64,000 nt of DNA from an uncultured Chloroflexia bacterium (GTDB lineage: Bacteria > Chloroflexota > Limnocylindria > QHBO01): positions 7,302-71,301 of the forward strand of contig CAVYSK010000018.1 in the NCBI GenBank assembly GCA_963771155.1, written 5' to 3'. Below, one piece after another: positions 57,013 through 64,000 of this stretch. Made by a program: the position numbers and the translations under genes. The notes under the pieces were generated by a model, which saw only the letters and a list, made by a program, of their open reading frames with translations, was not told the origin of the DNA and made no database searches. Within the stretch, counting starts at the first letter, position 1. Each line of letters begins with the position of its first letter.

Positions 57013-58419
57013 TCAGTTCACCGTGAGCACGAGACTCCCGAATTCGTCGCCGAATCCGCCCGCCTGGATCCAGTACGTCACACCAGCGTCGGTGGCGATG
57101 GTGATCCGCGCCTGGAGGCTGTCGATGTCGTCGGCACACCCGAGCGGAACCAGCTCGCCGCCGTCATCGGTATAGACGCCGACGACGGTGTCGAAGTCGC
57201 TCCCGGCGGTGTCGATCGTGACCTCGCCGCCGGTGCCCTCGAACGTCCACCACGCCGTGTGGCCGATCGGGAAGTCTCCGCCCTCGCCGGTGCACGGCTC
57301 CTCAGGATCGAGGTCGGTGTGGCCGGTGCTGACGCTGACGATCTCGCCGATGGCGATCGGCAGGGCATTCTCGGGCGCATCATTCGGCAGCGGCTTGCCC
57401 CTCGGTGCGGAGCGGGTCTGCTCGGCGATGCGGGACTCGGACGCGAAGCACGACTCGTCGTCCATGGCCAGCTCCATCGTGCCGTCGGGGGTCATGATTG
57501 ACAGCGACCCGTCCACGGCGAAGGTGGTGCCCGTGATGTGGACCTTCGTCCGGTCGAAGCTAAAGCTCTCGCGGAAGTGCCCGCTCCGGCTGAGCGTGGC
57601 AGCGGCTTCGGCGCTGCCAACCGGGTCGACGGGTTCCGGATCCTGGGCATCGAATACGTCGAACGACGCCGTGAATTGGCTCGACGTCAGGACCAGCGGG
57701 CTGTTCTCCACCCCGAAGAACGCCGCCTCCTCTCCCTCGGACACGAACAGCTGGCTCTCAGGCCCGAAGTCACCGGCGGCTGCGAACAGGCTGACGATGG
57801 TCTCGCCGATCTGCCATCCGCAGGACACGCTGATGTCGGACGAACGGAAGACGGAGGATGCCGGCGAGTTCGAGAACACCGTGAACGTGTCGCTGGATGC
57901 CGCGCATGTCGAGAGCGCGAACGAGATGTCCATCGGCAGGTCGAGCGTGCCGCTGACGCTGTACTCCTGGAACACGCCATCACGCCTGAACTTCTGGTTC
58001 CCGGAGCCACCACCCTCGTCGCTGTACGGCTGCGGATCGCCGACGGGCGTCAGGGTCGCCTGGAGCATTGCAGAACCGACCGGATCGCCGAACGGATCCT
58101 CGGCCGCCCCGTTGAATTCGACCATCTCATAGGTCGCCGTGACCGAGGTCCCGTCGAAGTCGACGGACCCGGTGACGCTGATCCACGTTGGATCATCGCC
58201 AGGTGACGAAGGTGGCTGCCAGAACTCGAGCAGTGCGAACGATCCGAAGGTTTCGCTCTCGACCGCGAACGTGAACACCGTGCCGTCGTCGGATTCCGCA
58301 TCGCAGACCAAGACGGACTCGGTGTCGCTGATCCGCTGGGACGGTGCTGCGGCTGCGGGGGTGACGAGGAGGGCGGTGGCGAACGCCACGCCTCCCAGGG
58401 ACGCAGGAATGCGGCGCAT
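57013..58419 (-). CDS. Secreted protein with a C-terminal pre-peptidase-C-terminal (PPC)-like domain
   Basis: Signal peptide MRRIPASLGGVAFATALLVTPAAAA. The C-terminus ...NALPIAIGE...HTAWWTFEGTGGEVTIDTAGSDFDTVVGVYTDDGGELVPLGCADD resembles PPC-type domains. Confidence 0.5.
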   Translation of the reverse strand: MRRIPASLGGVAFATALLVTPAAAAPSQRISDTESVLVCDAESDDGTVFTFAVESETFGSFALLEFWQPPSSPGDDPTWISVTGSVDFDGTSVTATYEMVEFNGAAEDPFGDPVGSAMLQATLTPVGDPQPYSDEGGGSGNQKFRRDGVFQEYSVSGTLDLPMDISFALSTCAASSDTFTVFSNSPASSVFRSSDISVSCGWQIGETIVSLFAAAGDFGPESQLFVSEGEEAAFFGVENSPLVLTSSQFTASFDVFDAQDPEPVDPVGSAEAAATLSRSGHFRESFSFDRTKVHITGTTFAVDGSLSIMTPDGTMELAMDDESCFASESRIAEQTRSAPRGKPLPNDAPENALPIAIGEIVSVSTGHTDLDPEEPCTGEGGDFPIGHTAWWTFEGTGGEVTIDTAGSDFDTVVGVYTDDGGELVPLGCADDIDSLQARITIATDAGVTYWIQAGGFGDEFGSLVLTVN

Positions 58420-58518
58420 CGCGAATTCCCCTTCTCGCCGCTCGGTCCCAGGAATAGGGCCCGTCTCGGCAGCGGCACGGCCATCATATGCGCGCCGTGC
58501 AAGCCCTTGCTGCAGCCC

Positions 58519-58929
58519 TCAGGAGTCCCGGGTGTGGAACCCCATCTGGCGGGTCGATGACGGGGCTTCCACGGCGAGCTCGACGTCTTCGAGCACCACA
58601 TCCCAGTGCGCGTCCAGGATCTGGAAGCGGCGCCGTTCCTCGGCGCGGTATCGGTCCAGGTCGGGGAACAGGCGAGTCGCGATCTCGTCATCGGAGTGGG
58701 ACTCCGCGGCGGCCCAGTCGCGGTACGTGATCGTTACGAGGAAGTGCCAATCTGCAGCTCCGTCGCCATGGAGGCGTGGCCGGTATGCGCGCACCTCGGT
58801 GAAGCGACCGGACTCCAGCTGATCCCGCAGGATCGGCCAGTGGTTGCGTCGGAAGAGCTCGAGGAACTCCTCGGTGTGCCCCCAATGAACCCGGTAGTAC
58901 GAGGCGATGGTCACCGGCGTGTCACTCAT
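58519..58929 (-). CDS. Hypothetical cytoplasmic protein (136 aa)
   Basis: Clean ORF with protein-like composition. No motif recognised. Confidence 0.4.
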   Translation of the reverse strand: MSDTPVTIASYYRVHWGHTEEFLELFRRNHWPILRDQLESGRFTEVRAYRPRLHGDGAADWHFLVTITYRDWAAAESHSDDEIATRLFPDLDRYRAEERRRFQILDAHWDVVLEDVELAVEAPSSTRQMGFHTRDS

Positions 58930-59005
58930 GCGCCGATGCTACCGCGGGCGCCAACGAACGACCGCCGGGCGGACCGGCGGCCGTTCGCACGTTCGAGTGG
59001 CAGGC

Positions 59006-59539
59006 CTACCTGACGTCGAGGAACCCGAGGACCTGCGCGTTCTGGCGGAAGAGGATGCCGTTGGCCTCCTGGAGTCCGATGTCCTCCGCATGGGCCATGT
59101 CCCAGCTGGGACCGTCGTTGTCCATGTTGAGGACTTCGAGCATTGGGCCGTCGAAGGTCGGAGTGTCCAGGTGGCTCACCGACGTGGCGATGTAGATCGT
59201 GCCATCGGTGTCGCGGAAGATGACGCCGTTGACGAGGGTCGGGATCTCGTTCCCGGTGTCGCCCTCTGCAAGCGCTTCCGAGATGGTGCCGCCCGGGCCG
59301 CTGAAGGCCATCTCGGCCTGGGTGATCGTGCCGGCGACCTCGCGCTCATCCTCGGCCGGTGCCTCGGACGGGGCGACCGATGGCTCGACCGACGGCTCGA
59401 CCGACGGCTGGACCGACGGTGCGGCTGGCTCGCTTGGCAAGGGAGTATCCGACGTCGGCGCGCCGGCGGTGGTAGAGCAGGCGGCCAGGACGACCACCAG
59501 GGTTGCCAGGACCAGGATGGATCGGATGGGATAAGTCAT
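59006..59539 (-). CDS. Lipoprotein with a short Pro/Ser/Val/Glu linker repeat
   Basis: Lipobox VVLAACS. The linker PSVQPSVEPSVEPSVAPS is encoded by a 12-nt tandem repeat. Confidence 0.55.
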   Translation of the reverse strand: MTYPIRSILVLATLVVVLAACSTTAGAPTSDTPLPSEPAAPSVQPSVEPSVEPSVAPSEAPAEDEREVAGTITQAEMAFSGPGGTISEALAEGDTGNEIPTLVNGVIFRDTDGTIYIATSVSHLDTPTFDGPMLEVLNMDNDGPSWDMAHAEDIGLQEANGILFRQNAQVLGFLDVR

Positions 59540-59744
59540 CGTTCGGTCTCGTGGTGGGCGACGCTTGGTTGGCCGCCATCTGGATGCATCCTCCGGGCAC
59601 GGGGCGGGCGGGCCATCGGCCATGTGTCGCAGGCGGAACCGAGGCAATGAGGAGTAAACGCGAGCACGAAACTAAAGGAGGGAGTCGCCGATGAGGTCGC
59701 TCCTTTAGACGTGCGCGGTCCCGATGATCGGTGGCGCTCCTCGG

Positions 59745-59763
59745 CGTATATAGCGGATATACG
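59745..59763. promoter_or_regulatory. AT-rich palindrome CGTATAT-AGCGG-ATATACG (copy 2)
   Basis: Arms identical to 38672-38690. It lies 23 nt upstream of the ECF41-type -35 element and 88 nt upstream of the epimerase ATG. Confidence 0.45.
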
Positions 59764-59785
59764 ATGGCGCCAGCAACGAATTTCC

Positions 59786-59812
59786 TGTCACCCACGACGT
59801 CGGCATCTCGTC
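59786..59812 (+). promoter_or_regulatory. ECF41-type promoter: TGTCACC, 16 nt, CGTC
   Basis: Matches the published ECF41 target motif TGTCACA-n16-CGTC with one mismatch. It sits 38 nt upstream of the epimerase gene that precedes the ECF41 sigma gene. Confidence 0.6.
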
Positions 59813-59850
59813 ACCCCTGGTGAAGAAGATGCACGCAACCAGGGGAGATC

Positions 59851-60793
59851 ATGAAGGTTCTGATTGCCGGCGCGACGGGCGTCATCGGGCGCCAGCTCGT
59901 GCCGAAGCTCCTCGCCAATGGCCACCGCGTGGCCGGGAGCACCACTACACCCTCGAAGCAGGCGCTGCTGCACGAGATGGGCGCGACGCCGCTCGTGATC
60001 GACATCCTCGATCCTGACGCTGTGACGCGGGCCGTCGCGACGTTCGAGCCCGACGTGATCGTCCACCAGGCGACCTCGTTGACTTCGGTCGACATGCGGC
60101 ATTTCGAGCGGTCGTTCGCGACCACGAACCGCCTGCGCACCGAGGGGACCGATCACCTCCTCTCGGCGGGCCGCGCGGTCGGCATCCGACGCTTCGTGGC
60201 GCAGAGCTTCGCGGGCTGGCCGTTCGAGCGGACCGGCTCGCTCGTGAAGACCGAGGACGACCCGCTCGACCCCGACCCCATCGCGCCGATGCGGACCACG
60301 ATCGACGCGCTCAGGTATCTCGAGGCCGCCGTCCTCGGTGCGGACTGGACCGAGGGCATCGCGCTGCGATACGGCGGGCTGTACGGGCCGGGCACCTCGC
60401 TCGACACCGACGGTGGCGAGATGACCGAGATGATCCGCCGGCGCTTCCTCCCGATCGTGGGTGACGGCGCGGGGATGATCTCCTTCCTCCATGTCGCCGA
60501 TGCGGCCGATGCGACCGTGGCCGCCGTCGAGCGCGGGACGCGCGGTGTGTACCAGGTCGTCGACGACGAGCCTGCCCGAATGCGCGAGTGGCTGCCGACG
60601 GTGGCCGATGCGCTCGGCGCCAAGCCCCCGTGGCGCATCCCGCGATGGCTGGGTCGGCTTGTCGGCGGCGAGATGATCGTCACGATGTCGACCGAGACGC
60701 GGGGCGGCCTCGAACGAGCGGGCCAAGCGCGTGCTCGGATGGACGCCGCGCCATGCCTCCTGGCGGGACAGCCTGGGGCGAGAAGCCGCGTGA
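59851..60793 (+). CDS. NAD-dependent epimerase/dehydratase. One frame break near ~60700.
   Basis: MKVLIAGATGVIGRQL Rossmann motif. Removing one G from CGGGGCGGCCTCG (about 60699-60711) restores ...RGASNERAKRVLGWTPRHASWRDSLGREAA*, whose TGA overlaps the sigma GTG (GTGA). Confidence 0.75.
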
Positions 60794-61700
60794 CATCCGA
60801 CGAGGTCGAGCTGGAGGCCCTGCGGCGACGCGCCTTCGCGATCGCCTACCGGATGCTCGGCAGCGTGGCCGAGGCGGAGGACATCGTCCAGGAGACACTC
60901 CTCCGCTTCCACCGCGTCCGGGAGGGAGAGACGATCGACGTGCCGCTGGCGTACGTCTCGACCGTTGCGACTCGGCTGGCGATCGACCATCTTCGGTCGG
61001 CCCGCGTGCGGCGCGAGCAGTACGTGGGCGACTGGCTCCCGGAGCCGCTGGTCGAGACGGCGGAGGGGGACCCCGCGCAGCGGGCCGAGATGCTCGACTC
61101 GCTCTCGTTCGCCTTCCTGGCGGTGCTCGAGCGGCTCACGCCGGAACAGCGGGCAGTCCTCCTGCTGCGCGACGTCTTCGGCTACGGCTACGACGAGATC
61201 GCCGAGATCCTGGATCGGACACCCGCCAGCGTGCGGCAGCTCGCCGTTCGCGCGCGACGCCACGTCCGCGACGAGCGGCCGCGGTTCGCGGTGTCCCGCC
61301 AGCAGCACGAACGCCTCGCGTCGAGCTTTTTCGCCGCCGTCGAGCGCGGCGACCTCCCGGCGCTCGAGGCGGTCCTCGCCGAGGACGTCGTGCTGCGCGG
61401 AGATGGCGGCGGGAAGGCACCCGCACTCGGGCACTCGATCCACGGCCGGGACGACGTCGCGCGGACCCTGCTGGCGTGGTCGCGCATGGGCGGACGCATC
61501 GGCGGCTCCATTCAGCCGGTGGCGGTCAACGGGGGCGCCGGGGCGCTGGTGCTCGACCGTGACAGGCGCCTCATCGCCGTCTGGGCGCTCGACATCGTGG
61601 ATGGGGCGGTCCGCAACGTCGCATCCATCGTCAACCCGGACAAGCTGAGGCACATCGACGAGGTCGGCTCGATGCGCGAGGCGCTTGCAAGCCTCGGCAA
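60791..61700 (+). CDS. sigJ: ECF41 (SigJ-like) sigma factor with a fused SnoaL-like C-terminal domain. The 3' end is undefined because there is no in-frame stop before the next gene.
   Basis: AFAIAYRMLGSVAEAEDIVQETLLRF (sigma2), LTPEQRAVLLLRDVFGYGYDEIAEILDRTPASVRQLAVRARRHV (sigma4), then ~110 aa ending ...IVNPDKL, as is typical for ECF41. No anti-sigma gene adjacent. Confidence 0.75.
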
Positions 61701-61836
61701 GAAGGGTGTGCGCACAGCCGCGAGGTCACGTAGGCTGCGGTTCATCCCGATCCGCAGTATCCGATGCTCGGACAGGGAGACGATCCTCGGGAGCGATGCA
61801 GGACGACGTTCGTCGCGGCTTCCGTCGCTCCCACCT

Positions 61837-62530
61837 ATGCACCCTACGCGGTACGCTCCGCGCATGGCTGGACGGAATGCCTTCCCGGCGGACGTGCCGC
61901 GGCTGCGCGGCTGGATCCACCTGGTCGCTTTCGTGCTCTCCGTCGCGGCGGGAATGGCGCTCGTCGGCGAGGCGAGCGTGGAGGGCGGTGAGAACGCCGC
62001 CTGGTCCACGGCCCTCTACGCGATGGGCCTGAGCGCGCTCTTCGGTGTCAGCGCCCTCTACCACCGCCGCCGATGGGGGACTCTCCGAGCCCGACGCGTG
62101 GATGCGGCGGCTGGACCACGCGACGATCTTCGTCTTCATCGCGTGCACGTACACCCCGCTCGCGGTGCTCGCGCTGCCCGCCGCCACCGCCCGCCCGCTC
62201 CTGCTGCTCGTGTGGGCCGGGGCGCTGATCGGCGTGGGGCTCGAGCTGGCGCGCCCGGTCGGACGTCGATGGCTCCTCGTCCCGCTCTACCTGGCGCTTG
62301 GCTGGGCGGTCGTGCCGGTGGCGGGAGATGTGATGGCCGTGCTCGGACCGGTGCCGATCGCGCTGCTCGCCGCGGGCGGTGTGCTCTACAGCATCGGGGC
62401 AATCCTGTACGCCGCCCGCTGGCCGAATCCGTGGCCGCGCACGTTCGGCCACCACGAGTTCTTCCATGCCGCGGTGGTCATCGCGGCCACGTGCCATGCC
62501 GCAGCCGTCTGGCTGGTGGCCATCGGCTGA
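61837..62530 (+). CDS. Hemolysin III / PAQR family membrane protein. One frame break near ~62080.
   Basis: RLRGWIHLVAFVLS...SALYH, then (other frame) RRLDHATIFVFIACTYTP...GGVLYSIGAILYA...GHHEFFHAAVVIA. Confidence 0.7.
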
Positions 62531-62664
62531 GCGCTGGTCGTCCATCTCCGGTGGTGCAGCCGGGCCAGCCGTGACTCACCCGCACATCCAACGTGGGGCT
62601 GAGCGACCGTTGACCGGTATGGCGCCGCCCACGGATACTCGCGACGGCCATACGGAGGCGGATC

Positions 62665-64000
62665 GTGGATTGCCCGGCATGCGGGACACAAAACGAGGCG
62701 GGCCGAAAGTTCTGCGGCGAGTGCGGAGCACCGCTGGCGCTCGTCTGCCCGTCGTGCGGCGCCTCGAACGCGCCGGGGACGAAGTTCTGCGGTGAGTGCG
62801 GCACGGGCCTCGCCGGCGGAGCGCCTGCAGCGGCCGCGGGGACACCGACGGCGGAGCGACGGCTCGTTTCGGTCCTGTTCGCCGATCTCGTGGGCTTCAC
62901 GACGCTGTCCGAGACGCGCGACGCCGAGCAGGTGCGCGATCTCCTGAGCCGTTACTTCGAGACGGCCCGCGAGGTAGTCGGCTCGTATGGCGGGACGGTG
63001 GAGAAATTCATCGGCGACGCTGTCATGGCCGTGTGGGGTGCGCCGACCGCCTTCGAGGACGATGCCGAGCGGGCCGTGCGCAGCGCGCTCGACCTGGTCG
63101 CCGCGGTGGCAAACATCGGTGGCGAGATCGGCGCCGACCTCCAGCTCCGCGCGGGCGTCCTGACCGGCGAGGCCGCCGTCACCCTCAACGCGACGAACCA
63201 GGGCATGGTGGCCGGCGACCTGGTCAACACGGCCAGCCGGCTGCAATCGGTTGCCCCGCCGGGCGCGGTGCTGGTCGGCGAGGCCACCATGAAGGCCGCC
63301 GCGGAGGCGATCGCCTTCGAGCCTGCGGGGGAGCAACTGCTCAAGGGCAAGGCCGCACCCGTGCCCGCCTTTCGCGCGCTGCGCGTCGTGGCACAGCGCG
63401 GGGGCGTCGGCCGCTCGGAGCAGCTCGAGGCGCCATTCGTGGGCCGCGCGCCCGAACTGCGCATGCTGAAGGACTTCCACCTCGCCACCGGTGGCGAGCG
63501 GCGGCCGCGGCTGGTCTCGATCATCGGGCAGGGCGGGATCGGCAAGAGCCGGTTGGTCTGGGAGTTCCTCAAGCACCTGGACGGCCTGACGGAGGTCGTC
63601 TATTGGCACCAGGGACGTTCGCCCGCGTACGGCGAGGGCATCAGCTTCTGGGCGCTTGGCCGAAATGGTCCGCAGCCGGGCGAAGATCACCGAGGCCGAT
63701 GACTCCGCCGCCGCGCGCGCGAAGCTCGGCGCATCGCTCGACGAATGGGTTACCGACGAGACCGAGCGTCGCTGGATCGAGCCGAGCCTGCTCCAGTTGC
63801 TGGGCCTGGAGGCCTCCGAGATAGATGTGCTTCCCGACCGCGAGTCGCTGTTCGCCGCGTGGCGGGTCTTCTTCGAGCGGATCGCCGATAAGGGTGTCGT
63901 GATCCTGGTGTTCGAGGACCTCCAATGGGCCGACGACGGCCTGCTCGACTTCATCGACCACGTCCTGGACTGGACCCGGGACCGGCCGATCTACCTGATC
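62665..64000 (+). CDS. Double zinc-ribbon / class III cyclase / AAA (STAND) ATPase. Runs off the right edge. One frame break near ~63660.
   Basis: RBS GGAGG plus GTG. CPACGTQNEAGRKFCGECG and CPSCGASNAPGTKFCGECG. VLFADLVGFTTLSE, KFIGDAVMAVWG. P-loop GQGGIGKSRL. Continues in another frame (...MVRSRAKITEADDS...VFEDLQWADDGLLDFIDHVLDW...) to the window end. Confidence 0.75.

Noticed and set aside
59375-59422. 12-nt tandem repeat (cgaccgacggct, about 4 copies)
   Set aside because: It lies inside the lipoprotein CDS and encodes the PSV(E/Q) linker on the minus strand. It is not a CRISPR array or a regulatory repeat.
59851-62574. 907-aa ORF that looks like a giant fusion protein
   Set aside because: It is a run-on of three separate genes (epimerase, ECF41 sigma, hemolysin III), joined because frame breaks and a missing stop keep one frame open. 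Each part has its own start signal, and each true terminus is in another frame.
1-64000. rRNA, tRNA, CRISPR arrays and riboswitch-like leaders
   Set aside because: Intergenic regions are short, mostly under 320 nt. None showed cloverleaf-type or repeat-spacer structure on visual inspection. Small hairpins, e.g. 23799-23829 (CCGAACG...CGTTCGG) upstream of the lipase RBS, are too generic to call.

Overview
GC-rich bacterial chromosomal window. It looks Actinomycetota-like (inference): a UvrD2-type helicase with an HRDC-like tail, an ECF41 sigma factor with its cognate promoter, many GTG starts, frequent 4-nt start/stop overlaps, and TA genes that look leaderless. I can support about 60 protein-coding genes. 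I found no rRNA, tRNA, CRISPR array, IS element, integrase or transposase. Left to right: a TolB-like lipoprotein; a small accessory/defence-like patch at 1.8-7.4 kb (BrnT-like toxin plus RHH::UDG-like fusion, a badly broken NERD-SF1 helicase, VapBC, UvrD2); a methyltransferase; then the most unusual part. That part is a 12.6-kb, tightly packed minus-strand operon (8253-20825). It encodes giant proteins I cannot assign to a family (about 1160 aa, 300 aa, 800 aa and 955 aa) plus a ~965-aa two-HKD phospholipase-D-superfamily protein. It lies directly downstream of an intact acyl-AMP ligase/ACP/PlsC-type acyltransferase fusion gene. The whole cassette is bracketed by 45/48-identical direct repeats that are two copies of that ligase gene's last 15 codons plus stop, which looks like an insertion footprint. 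The rest of the window is housekeeping/accessory: ECF sigma/anti-sigma pairs; an lgt-membrane protein-radical SAM-small membrane protein operon; an MFS transporter; four class III nucleotidyl cyclases, including two cupin-cyclase paralogs and two cyclase-STAND ATPases; a Phd/RelE TA pair; a truncated haemoglobin; an ABC importer operon; TetR and HxlR regulators; and several lipoproteins and secreted proteins. Many genes carry frame breaks, and their density is very uneven: none in several 2.5-3.6 kb ORFs, at least 8 in the 1.7-kb NERD helicase, and many between 11.1 and 15.7 kb. All functional calls come from motifs read by eye in the supplied translations or my own translations. No database search was run.
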